Source: Chrysomallon squamiferum (Eukaryota > Animalia > Mollusca). Taken from it: a DNA stretch of 64,000 bases. The stretch covers positions 4,526,001 to 4,590,000 of the forward strand of contig CM022671.1 in assembly GCA_012295275.1 (NCBI GenBank), read 5' to 3'. Positions 32,346-47,188 of the stretch are shown here, one piece after another. Positions within the stretch are counted from its first letter, which is position 1, and each line of letters opens with the position of its first letter. The notes under the pieces are model-generated. The model saw nothing but the letters and a program-made list of their open reading frames with translations. It ran no database searches and had not been told where the DNA came from. A program made the position numbers and the translations under genes.

Positions 32346-33922
32346 TAGTGGAAAATACCAGTCTATGGATTTTAGCAACAGTACAAGATCAAGGATACAA
32401 AAGGAAAAACGTTTTATTTATAATATAATTTTCAAAAATGTAAGATTCCTTTTAAATTATCTGTGGAGGAATGTGTCTTTGTCTACTTCTGTTTCATTTG
32501 TGAACAATTTCTAGTTATCAAGACAAATAAGTAGACAGACAAAGTAGAGAAAACTAAATTTCTCTCTCTCTCAACATGTCAAACACTTCAATTTGTTTCC
32601 TTTGTGAAAATATGGAAATTAATATTCATGAAAACAGAACAAATAAAACAGTGCAGTAATTATTATTAATTTATCCGATATCGAAAAAAAAAAAAAAAAC
32701 GTATAAAAAGAAACAAAAGAAAGGAAACGTAAAAAAATAAATTAAATAAAACTATTAATATATTTTCTCATAACAAAAGTTCTAAATCGTACACTCCTCC
32801 CAAAAATACAAGAGCTCCGTCCTTAAACGACCTATCATTCACAATTGTTATAAATCCATACTTCTTTTTTTTTTTTTTTTTTTTTTTATTGTTAGAGATA
32901 AAAATTCTCCGATCACCGGCTCCCTTCGTGCGAGTATTCATTTTGTCTTCGTTTCGTTTCAGCTTCCATTCACGTATCTTACATTTATTTATCTGCTGTT
33001 GAAAAAAAAAAAAAAAAAAAAAAAAAAAAGACACACCCTTGAACCGTCGCGTTAAAGAGGTTTGGCACGTAGCCAAAATACATGTCAGCCCATCCTTTTC
33101 TAGGCCAGCGAAATGTGAACTGTCTAACATGACGAGTTGAAGCAGACGACACATTTTTATCACTCTGTGTAAAGTTATTTTACTTTAAGCTTTTGATACT
33201 GAATATTTACTGGGGAATTTTTTTTTTTTTTTCTCCCGTTTCAACTGATAAAAGTTATCTTTTTAATACATATATATTTTTTTTGTTTGTTTAATGTTAG
33301 AAAGATTTATCAAAAATAATCTGAAACAGTATTTTTAAATTTGTTTTAATTTAAGTGTTGAGTTTCAGACGTTTAAAAAGCGTTCGTAACTTCTTATATT
33401 ACAAAGTAGTCTGAAAACATGAAAAATTGTTTATTAAACATAACGTGGAAGATTAATTTATGATCTAAAAGCGTGCTCTAAATTACGATTTTTGGAAATA
33501 TAATCTTATAATAAGTACAATAAAACAAAACGACAAAACAACAACAACAATAATAATAATAAAAGAAGAAGAAGAAGCCGAAGAAATATAAATACATTAA
33601 AATGAAAATATTATAATCAATTAATACATTTTGAAATGTCCTCTCAAAAACGAAAACCGCGAAACGAAATAGTAATTGGTGTGGCCTCATACTGATAAGA
33701 TCCCGTCGCAGTGTCAATAGGTTGAGCTGAACAAACAAAGGCTACATGATTCAGCATATCAGTGTGACAATAGAACAGTAAAACATTTCGTCATACAGGT
33801 AAATTATAGTCCGTTTCATAGGTCCTGGTCCGTCAATGCGGTTTGTCTGGGGAAAAAAAAAAAAAAGTCAGTAAGAAATTTAGTGGGTGTAGGAAAAAGG
33901 ATTGACAAACATCATCAGAGCT

Positions 33923-33980
<58 letters not shown>

Positions 33981-34191
33981 CTGTAAGTGAGAGAGAGAGA
34001 TTGAAAAGACGATTGTTCATTTGAATGAGTGAGTGTGAGGTGTGTGTTTGGGAAAGAGTAATGGAGAAAGACAGGCAGAAGAAATGACAGAATGAAGGAC
34101 AGTAGAGATAAAAAAAAAGAAAAAAAAAGAAGATTAAATAATCAGAAATAAAATGATAAAAGAAAGAGAGAAGAAACAAATACCTAGAAAG

Positions 34192-34269
<78 letters not shown>

Positions 34270-34271
<2 letters not shown>

Positions 34272-34331
34272 TATAGATTATATATACACATGCATATATA
34301 TATATATATTTATTTATTTATATATTTCATT

Positions 34332-34406
<75 letters not shown>

Positions 34407-34437
34407 CATATAGATTATGTATATTTATTTGTTGAGA

Positions 34438-34521
<84 letters not shown>

Positions 34522-34545
34522 CATATAGATTATGTATATTTATTT

Positions 34546-34635
<90 letters not shown>
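34270..34635. repeat. Higher-order repeat of (GA)n plus a unique spacer, 3 copies
   Basis: catatagattatgtatatttatttgttga(ga)n repeated. Confidence 0.8.
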
Positions 34636-34638
<3 letters not shown>

Positions 34639-35101
34639 ACAATAACGCTATACAGTCAAGACAAACACACACGCGGTGACAAAATTAAAAAAAGAAGCGC
34701 TGGTGAACAAATGTGAATGTCGAAAGTCGACAATGGCTTCCTTTATATGAGCCACATACTGCTGAGTTTTTATGTCTTGTAAACGTCTCATAATTACATT
34801 TTATTTCAGAAAAATATTCAAGCATACTTCTTTATGTATCTGTCAAGCTTGATAACAATCTCCTTTGCTACATTTTGCATTTTTTTTTTTTAACATANAA
34901 CATAAAAAGAAACTATATTATTAGTGTAACGAAAATAGATAACGTACGTTTTATCGGATATTTCATCTTTGAAGGACTGTCAGTCAAACAGTTAAAAATC
35001 TTCGTCGTCGTCGTTGTCGTTGTATTATTAGGAATAATAAGAATGGAAATAGTTGAGATGAGAATGATGTCGACGACTATGATGATGATAATAATAATAA
35101 T

Positions 35102-35163
<62 letters not shown>

Positions 35164-35216
35164 TGAAATAATAATGAAAAGGAAGGAAGAGGACAGGGCA
35201 AAATAATTATGGTGAT

Positions 35217-35333
<117 letters not shown>

Positions 35334-35499
35334 GAGAGAGAGAGAGGAACAAACAACAACAACAACAAACAACAACAACAATAACAATAACAACAGTAAA
35401 AAACCACACAGTTATTAAATTAATTCGATTTTCAAACGAGATACAAACTCTAAAGATACTGCAAAATCTCCCCATTTAAATGTGTTTTTCACTGCTACT

Positions 35500-35618
35500 G
35501 TCACTAATAAGTAAAACAGTCACTAGTAAGTAACACAGTCAGTCACTAATAAGTAACACAGTCACTAGTAAGAACACTTTTTGTCAATAAGAACAGTAAG
35601 ATGACTGTCACTAATAAA
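35500..35618. repeat. 19-23 bp minisatellite
   Basis: gtcacta(a/g)taagtaa(a/c)aca repeated ~5 times. Confidence 0.8.
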
Positions 35619-36211
35619 GGTGCGCCAGCATCTCTTGAGATCATCCATCTTCACAAGTTCGAAACACTCAGTTAAAACCGACCTAAACACAATAGCAATT
35701 GTTTGCTTATCTATTTCTGGCTGTAAATTAGATCTAACCACGAATAACACAATTCTCCGATCTTCTCTGACTTCACTGTCTCAGGAAATTTGTCAAATAG
35801 TTTTGTCTCCAAATTCAAAGTGCGAGAAAAACAATAGAAATAATTTTAACAGACAAAAGCGAAGTAGACATTGAACTTTTTTTTTTTTCTTTTTTTTTTT
35901 TATCTTGACAGTTTTCGGAAATGTGTACAGACAGATGAATGAACGTACGAGTCAAACAGTTCATTTATTATGTTTATTAATATCGTTAAATGCACATTAA
36001 TTTGCTGATATCGCTTGTTCTCAAATATTATAGTTTTCAAAATAAATCAGCAAGATATTTTTGCCATTAACATTAAGTATATATATATATATTTCTCTCG
36101 ATTTCGATTTCTCTCTCTTCTTATTTTCTTCTCTTTTTTTGTTTTTGTTTTCTTTTTCATTCATGGTTTTCTCATTTCTCTATTTCCTTCTCTTTCTTCT
36201 TTAGTTTTTGT

Positions 36212-36920
<709 letters not shown>

Positions 36921-37232
36921 CACGAGTCTTAAGCCAATATATATTTTGAAACAAACGTCGTACTATAAACAAAATTCATCAAATGACATTAAACAATGGC
37001 TCCATTTAAAGTAATTTATTATTAAACATATAAATTACTTATCAGCGAACTACTTGGAAAAAGATAAATGTTTCGTCGTTGTATGTTGACAGGGTTTTCC
37101 AAGAAGTAACCTTTACATTTTACTTTTCTTTTTCTTTCTTCAAATGGCACCCACGCGAAATGTCATCACAGATCGATTGAGGTGTCAGATTGCCGAATTC
37201 TGGATCAGGAAGTAAACTGACATTTGCACTTT

Positions 37233-37247
37233 ACACCAGATGGCGCT
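37233..37247 (+). promoter_or_regulatory. CTCF-like motif
   Basis: ACACCAGATGGCGCT matches the CTCF core CCASYAGRKGGCRS except at the first base. Confidence 0.45.
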
Positions 37248-37437
37248 TATTAAATAGAAAGGAGGAAGAAGAAAAAAAAAAAAATAAAAAAAAAATAGAG
37301 AAATAAAGAAATCATCAAAAAGCCAGCGTTATGGAAATGTTACAGAAAAAAAAAAAAAAAAAAAAAAATAATTTAAAAAAAAAAAAAATAAATTTAAAAA
37401 GTTAATAAAATTATAGAAAGTAAGATTATTTTTAAAA

Positions 37438-37476
<39 letters not shown>

Positions 37477-38085
37477 ATCGAAAAAACCCCAGAAAACGGA
37501 ATACGCAGATCCTGAAATGTCTAAGGATGATTTCCTGTACGTATCTACGATCGGTTGCGTGTGCATGTGTGTGTGTGTGTGTGTGCGTGTGACTCAGAGT
37601 ATAACTGACTGGGTGCGTGTGTGAACAGCTCTAACTGTTTAATTAGGGCGTACCCCTGTATCTTTTTATTTCTCTCTCTCTCTCTCAGTCTCTGTCTGTG
37701 TGTAGGAGGATGTGTGTGCCCGGATGAAAAGGTTTCTGCTACAAATGTTTACTTAAGAAGACAGATTTGTTTTATAGCACGTACATAACTCACACAGAAG
37801 TTTTTAATGACAGAACAAGCAAATATTTCCATTCAGTTTGGGGCCAGTTCCAAGCTGAATGAAAATGAAGTCATTTTTTTTTTCTCTCTCTCTTTTTTTT
37901 TTTTTTTTTTTTTTTTTTTACGTCTCTCTAATTCTTCTTTCTCCCTGTCTCAGTTTTTACTGACTTGTCTGTCTGAAAATAAATCTTTCTTTCTCGCTGT
38001 ATCTGTATTTTTCTCTTTCTTTCTGTAAGTCTATTTTTTTTCTTTTTCTCTTTCTTTCTGTCGTTGCCGTTCTCTGTCTATATTA

Positions 38086-38189
<104 letters not shown>

Positions 38190-38714
38190 GTGTCACATTT
38201 TCTCTGTCTCTATTATTCTCTTTCGGTAGCGTTAACTCCTTTCGTAAATTTCACGCTCTAGTTCCCACAACAGTTAATGACAAACCAATTATTAACGTTT
38301 GTAATCAAACACCTTTGTTGAATCACGTACATTACTGTGGTTTAAAATTCAATATCGCTTTTAAACAAAAGCTGCTATCAGTTACTATACAGAATGCCAG
38401 CTAAGCTGTGGCCGAACAAGATTTATGTGTTTTCACGTTTAGGTAAATACATTTGAACTGGCATATGTTAACATAGGCATCGATGCGATTTTAACATCTT
38501 AATCTGTGTCAATAATGTATTTATATTAAATTGCATACATACAGAGTAATGTACATGACTCATATGCATACATTCATACGTAAATGTAAATAATATACAT
38601 GTATACATTCATATACATACATTCACAGACACAACATACATACATGCAATTTACATAATACATAAATAAATGCATACAATTTACATACATACATACTGCT
38701 AACAAACATCAAAC

Positions 38715-38751
<37 letters not shown>

Positions 38752-38912
38752 CACAAACACACGCACACATTTATATACACATACAACATACAAAAAAGGT
38801 ATACAAACGCACGCACACACACTCATCTCCCCATTCATTGAAATACAAAAACACACACACGGAAGCACAGAAATCTGTAACTGAATGAAAAATGTCAAAC
38901 AAACATGCGTAG

Positions 38913-39131
38913 TACAAGGGTCTCTCCAACCACTTAAATGTTACATCATCACTAAAAACGAATCACGTTTTCACTTGTTACATCATTGTAACACTTAGTA
39001 ACAAAGTGTGACGTCGTTGTTGTTGTACTACACTGTAAAATATATTCAGAAAATTAAATAACTAAAAAAAACCAATATAATACAATGTTATACTTTGTTT
39101 TAATTTAGCGGAAACTGGGGATTTCAGTAAA

Positions 39132-39185
<54 letters not shown>

Positions 39186-39477
39186 GATATATTTAATTGT
39201 TATTAGTGGAGTGAACGATTGAACGAATGAATGAATGAAAGGACGCACGCATGGACGGAGAGGTGGATGTGTGAGTTCAGAGTGACCGGATGGAGTGGTT
39301 GACAGACGGATAAATGAATGGATGTATAGACGAGTATACTATGTGACTGCTACAGTTACTACTACTTACACCACTACTACTGATTTTAGTATTTATACTA
39401 CTACTACTACTACTACTTCTTTTAGTCTTATTACTGTTATTACTGCTGTGAGTGAGTGAACTGGTAGATGAATGGAT
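38913..39477 (-). repeat. Copy B of the ~600 bp dispersed repeat, inverted copy of 8610-9207
   Basis: Begins tacaagggtctctccaaccacttaaatg; reverse complement of copy A. Confidence 0.9.
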
Positions 39478-40358
39478 ACGTCAGAATGTGAGTGAATCAA
39501 TGAATGAATAAATGAATGAAAACAAAAATAAATCAAATAAAAAAACAAAATAAATAAACAAATAAATATAAACTTTCAAAGAACTTAAACGCCCTTAACA
39601 AAAAAATCTAAAAATAGCATTTTTTTGAACTGACGTTTTCGGTGTCTTGGAATAAAATGGTACTGTTTTTAAAGTACACTTATACTAGGATGTCGTTGTT
39701 GAGTCAACCACATCCACGACGTTCCTGGCACTCGTTTGTAATGTGCCTGCAATTAAATTATTTTACAGGAAGTGACACGGCAATTTCCCAAGAGATTTCC
39801 TCCATTTTTTTACTGAGAACCGAAGTTCGATCTTTTTTTTTTTTTTTTTTTCTTCTTTTTTTTCTCCCTCTCTTTTCTTTTCTTTTTCAAAAAGTACATG
39901 TTGATCGATGTCCTTGTTTTTATAATGCAAGAAATAAATATGTTATTTGGTTTACAAAATGGGAGAATTTAAACATAATGTAAAAATATGTAAAAATGAA
40001 AAAAATTGAAGTATTTCTATTTATTTGGTTTAATTAACAGCTATATGATTGGCAATGGTAAAAATGTGAATAAAATTATGATGATAATTATGACGACGAC
40101 GAAAACAACAACAACAACAGCAATAATAATAATAATAATAACAATAATAATAATAAACATGATGATAACAACAATAACAACAACTCTTCTGGTTCGCAGG
40201 CTATGTCCGATTTCATGTGCATGTTTCTAATTCCCGTTCCAACCATTAATCGTCAGTTGATGCTTCTCAGATTGTGATGTGTATAATTCTTTCTGTAGCT
40301 GTTACGTTAGCCCTGCAAATCAATTTAAAGTGCAATAAAATGACGTGATGGATTTACT

Positions 40359-40471
<113 letters not shown>

Positions 40472-40543
40472 CTGCGTGTGTGTGTGCGTAAGCATTTTTA
40501 TATAACATCACCTTTTTCCACTCACGATATTAACACACAACAA

Positions 40544-40582
<39 letters not shown>

Positions 40583-40742
40583 GTAAAAAAGAAAAAGAAA
40601 CCACGATTGGTTTAAAAGCAAGAAGCTTTTAATATCTCTTCTGAGGCTAAATTAATTTTCAAACCAATCTCAAAAGTGCGTTTTGTAATGGTTCGCAGAA
40701 GTGGAGCGGAAGGAGCCAAAAGCAGTATTCTTAAAATTCTCT

Positions 40743-40778
<36 letters not shown>

Positions 40779-41001
40779 ATTTTTTATCGTCGAAAATCGA
40801 CTTACCATCGATTCAGACGTCAAGTTGAATCTGTGAGTTTAAGCAAGAAGCATGAATAAAAGGAGATTGACATCAGCATAATCGATAAACTGTAACCAGG
40901 AAGTAAACAATGGAACTCAAAGAAGGAAGTGAAATAACAATATCCTACCATCATCACAACATTTATCCCCCCCCCCCTACTACTCCCCAGAAGAAGAAAA
41001 G

Positions 41002-41040
<39 letters not shown>

Positions 41041-42019
41041 CGAATTAAGGAGAAGAAGATAACAAATACGTGTTGACGATGTCGTTAAAATCTATTATAA
41101 ACGCGCATTAGTGTCGTTTGGATGAAACCATTAGTAGACAGAGTTCATTGTATCCGCAGCAGAAAACACGTAATAAAGAAAGAATAATAAAAAATAAAGT
41201 TGTTAATGGAGAATAACAAAAAAATAAAAAAATAAAAAAATAAAAATTAATAATAATAAAATAAATTCAAAAATAGAAATAATAAAAGACGAAGAAGGAA
41301 AAGAAGATTAGGGTGGAAATGAAAATGTTATTTCAATTAAAATAATAATAATGATGATGATGATGTTGATGTTGATGATGATGATGATGATGATAATAAT
41401 AATAATAATAATAACAACATAATAAATAAATAAATAAATAAATAGTAATAATAACAATGACAATAAGAACAATAATAATAATAGTAACAATAATAGCAGT
41501 AACCATAATAATAGCAACAATAATAATAGCAACAACAACAACAACAACAGTAAGATCAATAATAATAATAATAATAATAATTTGCACGGGGGATTGTCGT
41601 GTTTTGTCGAAACACAAAGATCTCGCGAACTGCAACATCCAAACGTTTGCCAGCCAAACCGCGCGAGTTCAAACACTTTGCTACGTAAATCTGATAATTG
41701 AAACATTCGACATCATTCCATGCGTATTTCATGTTTTATATAAACCGCATCATAGCGATACTTTTGAGTTCGAAATGGCACAAATTAGAGCTCTGTTTTG
41801 GTTTCAGACGTAATATTTTTTTAAAACCTAAGTATATACCTTATGCTTGTTATGACTTTTACCAGCATGAATCATGTGATATATTTGCAATAGTAAATTA
41901 GGAGAAAGCCGTGGTGTTTGCTTTGGCAATGCCCAGCTACAACGATTTATGCTTGTTGTGGGTGCTGGTGCGATGGATGGAAATACAGATAGTAAATATG
42001 TTCCAACAAATTGTGTTTA

Positions 42020-42107
42020 ATTTTTGTCCCTCTGAAGAACGGACACCTGCAGTGTAGGGACACGTTTACCCGGCCCCACGGGTGTCCGTACAAGACAGGT
42101 ACCACTG
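42020..42107. mobile_element. Solo end fragment of a pogo/Tc1-type MITE
   Basis: Ends ...ggtgtccgtacaagacaggtaccactg followed by TA, i.e. a TA|CAGTGGTACCTGTC terminus on the minus strand. Internal ggacac repeats. No matching left end seen. Confidence 0.5.
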
Positions 42108-43163
42108 TATTTTTATAATGAATTTTGGTAACAAAAATGTCGCTTATACAGGAGTAAATACGGTAACGCTCTTTTTCATCCACAAAACCAACCAACAAAA
42201 AAAACAAAATAAATAAAAACCCCAAAATAAAAAAATAAAAAATAAAAAAAAATAAAAAATAAAAAACAACCAACAAATTAATTTAAAAAAGTCCTCAACA
42301 ATTGCAGGAACACTTCCATCTTTGAAACGACTTTGAAATCTTACTTAACAACATGTTTTAAATGTACGGTCACGTTTGGACTCCTTGTGCCGAAGCTTTC
42401 AGCTGAATGAGTTTATAGCGGGGCCCGACGAAACACCGGTTTTGTCACGATACACCCAATTGTACCGACAAGCACCACTCGCCAATCAAATTAGACTGAA
42501 CCGTTCAGAGGTCTCCAGTTCTCGCTCGCCTTGGGTATATTTGTTTTTCAAACAATTAATACCACGCAGTGCACTCGTACTGAAGTCTTCTGAATAACTC
42601 ACTGACCGAAATATAGATGAAAGGGAGTTATGTGCGCGTGGGTGTGCATGCGTGTGTGCTTGTTCAATATTTGTACATGCGTGTGTCTGTTTGTGTTTTT
42701 TTATCTATCTGCCTGATGGTGTCTCTGTATATCTGTTTTTGTGTCTGTTTATCCAAATAAGCTTACCAACTCACCCATACTAAGACACACATATATACAC
42801 ACACAAACGTACACAAAACACACCCACATCCAGACACACACATACACACACATATGCAAACATACAAACACACACATAACCCATTATAAAAACACACACA
42901 GAAACACAAACACATGTATACAACACAAACACCCATTATAAAAAGACACACACACAGAAGTAAACACACATGTATACACACACACATAACTGCACACTTA
43001 CACACACACATACACACAGTCTCACAAACACATGCTCACGCAGACACACACACAAACGCGCGCACACAAACACACAAACATCTGTGTATCGCTCTCATAG
43101 CTGTCTGAGGTGATGACATCTACTTAAACACAAGACATGACAAAATAACCTGACACGTTTGTG

Positions 43164-43814
43164 ATATTGTATAATGTATATAATACTCTACTGTATATTG
43201 TATATAATACTATATTGTATAATGTATATAATACTATATTGTATAATGTATATAATACTATACTGTATATTGTATATAATACTATATTGTATAATGTTTA
43301 TAATACCATTGTATAATGTATATAAATACTATATTATATAATGTATATAATACTATATTGTATAATGTATATAATACTATATTGTATAATGTATATAATA
43401 CTATACTGTATATTGTATATAATACTATATTGTATAATGTTTATAATACCATTGTATAATGTATATAAATACTATATTATATAATGTATATAATACTATA
43501 TTGTATAATGTATATAATACTAAATTATATAATGTATATAATACTAAATTATATAATGTTTATAAGGTATATTGTATAATGTTTATAATACCACTGTATA
43601 ATGTATATAAATACTATATTATATAATGTTTATAATACTAATTGTATAATGTATATAAATACTATATAATGTTTATAATACTATATTGTATAATGCATAA
43701 TGTTTATATAATGTTTATAAAGTATATTGTATAATGTTTATAATACTATTGTATAATGTATATAAATACTATATTATATAATGTTTATAATACTAATATA
43801 TATTATAAACATTA
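43164..43814. repeat. AT-rich ~22-24 bp minisatellite, left arm, interrupted by the Tigger
   Basis: Unit tataatactatattgtataatg(t/a) repeated >20 times. Confidence 0.9.
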
Positions 43815-46212
43815 CTGTGTGGAACCTCGAGTTACGAACGCCTCGAAGTACAAACAAATCAGATTACAAATCGTGATCTTTGGCAAATTTTTGTCTCAGT
43901 TTACAAGTCAAGTCCCGAGTTACGAACTACAATGACAAGCACGTCACGCTTTCTTTTGACGCGGCGTCTAGTGAAGATAAAAATAGATGCTTACGTCAAA
44001 CCCGAGGTCACAGCAAGGATTATGGGCATGCCCTGTAGCAAATACGTTTATCGTGAATTAGGGCTTTTGGTCTTCGATACGCGCAGTTGCAGCTCAAAAA
44101 GCTTTTGCACTGAGATTGTGCGCTCACGTTTTTTTTTTTAAAGTGTTGCTGCTTTTATGTGAATATTTTGTTGTTTTGTTATTATACCCTATCCAATATG
44201 GCGACCGAGAGAACAAAACGTGAAAGCGATAAGGATTGTGGGACGTATAAAAGTATCACAGTGGAGGTTAAGAAAGAAATAATTGCGAAACATGAGAGTG
44301 GCGTTCGTGTGTCTGACCTCGCTAGGGGTTACAGGGTGGCGAAATCGACCATTTGCACCATCCTCAAGAAAAAAGAGGCAATCAAGTCAGCCGACGTGGC
44401 CAAAGGTGTGACTAACCTGACGAGGCAAAGGTCCAAAGTTTTGGATGAAGTTGAAAAGCTTCTCTTAATTTGGATCAATGAAAAGCTACTTTCAGGAGAT
44501 AGCGTCAGAGAGGCAGCAGTATGCGAAAAGGCGAAGCTTTTGCACAGTGATTTGTTGTCAAAATCGCCCAGTACTTCTGCTAAAGGTGACGAGTTTAAAG
44601 CCAGCAGAGGCTGGTTTGAGAAGTTTAAAAAAAGATCGGGCATTCACGGCGTCATTAGGCACAGGGAGACTGCAAGTTCCACCAAGAAAGAAGCGCAAAC
44701 GTTCAAGGTGGAGTTTGAGAACTTTGTCACAGAGGAAGGCTACGTTCCTCAGCAAGTCTTTAACTGCGACGAGGCGGGTCTCTTCTGGAAGAAAATGCCA
44801 AAGAGGACGTTCATCACCCAGGAAGAGATGGCACAACCGGGACACAAAGCAACGAAGGACAGACTCACGTTGTTGTTATGTGCCAATGCAAGCGGCGACT
44901 GCAAGATTAAGCCTCTGTTGGTCTACCACACAGAACATCCTTGCGTCTTTAAGTGTAATAATGTCGAGAAAAACAAACTCCCTGTGATGTGGAGAGCTAA
45001 CGAGAAGACATGGGTGACGAGACGTATCTTCATGGAATGGCTGACTAAAGTGTTTGCGCCAAGTGTGAAGAGGTATTTGGAGGAAAACAATCTGCCGCGT
45101 CGATGTCTCTTGATTATGGATAATGCTCCTGCACACACCCCAGACTTGGAGGAGGACCTGGACATCGAGTGTAACTTTATTAAGGTCAAATTCCTTCCTC
45201 CCAACACGACTCCTTTGCTTCAACCCATGGAACAACAAGTGATCTCCACCTTCAAGAAACTGTACACAAAGGCTCTGTTTTCGAGGTGTTTCCATATGAC
45301 AAATGATACTAATTTGACCCTCAGAGACATCTGGAAAGATCACTTCAACATCTTCCACTGCATCTACCTCATAGACAAAGCCTGGAACGATGTCTCTATC
45401 CGCACTTTGCACTCCTCCTGGAGAAAGCTTTGGCCAGGCTGCGTACCAGAGAAAGACTTAGATGTACTCGAAGTAGACATGGCTGATAGATTAGTGGATG
45501 AGATTGTCCCTTGGGGAAAACATGGGCCTGGAAATTGATGGCGACGACGTTCAAAAGCTTATTGAAGACTACAGCGAAGAACTCACGACAGAGGAGCTCT
45601 TAAATCTCCAGAGTGAACAACTCAAGGCTCTGAAGCAATTGCCAGACGACAAGGAGGAAAGGAGCGAGGTTCCTACAGCCAGAATACAAGAAATCTGCAG
45701 TAAGTGGGCTGATGTTGAAGAGTTTATTGTGAACCATCACCCAGACAAACTTGTGGCAAACAGGGCAGTGACTTTGATGAATGAAAACGCGATGTCACAC
45801 TTCAGAAACATTCTCCGACAAAGAGAGAAACAAAGTTCTCGTGATCGTTTCCTTACGCGGAAAGAAGCAGAGCCAGATGCTAAAAGACAGCGAATACAAA
45901 CCACTGAAGGAGCGTTTCCCAGTGTTCCTCTGGAAGGAGACTCGCTTTCCAAACAGTAACCCTTGACACTGACTCTCCACCACATTGTAATAAAATACAT
46001 TTAATGTCAGCATTTAATTTAATGTTTTTTTCTATCTATGTGGTTATTTTCACAAAATTCTATGTTTTGTTCCGTGTAAAAAGCACTGAAAACAATGAAA
46101 ATAAAACTATTCTGGGAGCTGGAACGGATTGTTTACGTTTACATTATTTCAACTCTTCGGTTTACGAACCGAATTCTAGAACGAATTAAGTTCGTAACCC
46201 GAGGTTTCACTG
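43815..46212 (+). mobile_element. Full-length Tigger/pogo-family DNA transposon (~2.4 kb)
   Basis: Left end TA|ctgtgtggaacctcgagttacgaac; right end gttcgtaacccgaggtttcactg|TA. 19/21 match over the TIR core, plus a small indel at the left tip. Subterminal ttacgaac repeats. Central transposase. Confidence 0.93.
44198..45959 (+). pseudogene. Tigger (TIGD1-like) transposase, ~587 aa if repaired, with one frameshift near 45507
   Basis: ATG at 44198. N-terminal HTH (psq/CENP-B-like), FKASRGWFEKFKKR (Tc5-type HTH), VFNCDEAGLFWKKMP, LIMDNAPAH, FLPPNTTPLLQPMEQ (DDE_1). The reading continues in the +1 frame as SLGENMGLEIDGDDV...ELTTEEL to the stop at 45959. Confidence 0.9.
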
Positions 46213-46482
46213 TAAGTATATTATATAATGTTTACAATACTATATTATACAATGTTTATAATACTATATTATACAATGTTTACAATACTATATTATACAA
46301 TGTTTATAATACTATATTATACAATGTTTATAATACTATATTATATTATATTATATAATGTTTATAAGACTATATTATAAAATGTTTATAATACTGTAAT
46401 ATACAATGTTTATAATACTATATTATATAATGTTTATAATACTATATTATGTAATGTTTATAATCACTATATTTATTATATT
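46213..46482. repeat. AT-rich minisatellite, right arm
   Basis: Unit aatgtttataatactatattatac, same family and orientation as 43164-43800. Confidence 0.9.
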
Positions 46483-46754
46483 GTGACTGTTCATATCACT
46501 ACCTTTACGACCGCACGTGCGGTGCGTGTTAGAAAAGACCCACTGTTCTAACGTGATACAACGAGGTGAAATATAATTCGATATAACATGGAATATTAAT
46601 AATTAGTGACACAGGTCAGTTTTGTGTAGTAGAGAGGGACAAGGTTTCTAAAACGTACTTCACTCGTGGAAACCAAGTAGAGTGGACTGCGCGAAATTAC
46701 TGCGGAACCCGAAGTACTGAAAAAGTTTAAAATTATTTTTATTTATTTATTTAC

Positions 46755-46793
<39 letters not shown>

Positions 46794-47149
46794 TTTTTGT
46801 TGTTGTTTATTTTTTGTTGTTGTTATTGTTAATATTGTTATTATTATTATTATTATTTTATTTTTTAATTTATTTATTTATTCTGTTTTTTATTTATTTA
46901 TTTATTCTGTTGCTTTAACGGAAAATATATAAACAGGCAGACAAACAAATCAGTGTAAAAAATCTAAATGAAAAAATAATAAAATAAATAATAATAATGA
47001 TCTTGTTTACACCGTTTAATGATCCATGGGAAATAACTCTTATCATTCACGTAACTTCAAGAAACATATTGTTGTCTCCCATGTTACTTTTAAAAAATAA
47101 TGTTTTTCTTCTTCTTTTGATTATTATTGTTGGTTTTATTATTATTATG

Positions 47150-47188
<39 letters not shown>

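Noticed and set aside
30516-33163. Similar minus-strand peptides RLLQLVILDSLHF / RLLQLVMLDSSHF as duplicated exons
   Set aside because: Most differences are non-synonymous, there is no consistent splice context and the surrounding frames run into poly-A. Treated as a non-coding duplication.
34898-34898. Single N base
   Set aside because: Assembly ambiguity, not biological, although local continuity is slightly uncertain.
45505-45525. Programmed ribosomal frameshift in the transposase
   Set aside because: The required shift is +1, there is no canonical slippery heptamer in frame, and Tigger transposases are single ORFs. A 2-bp deletion is simpler.
44329-46013. Antisense and alternate-frame ORFs inside the transposon
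   Set aside because: Shadows of the transposase reading frame.
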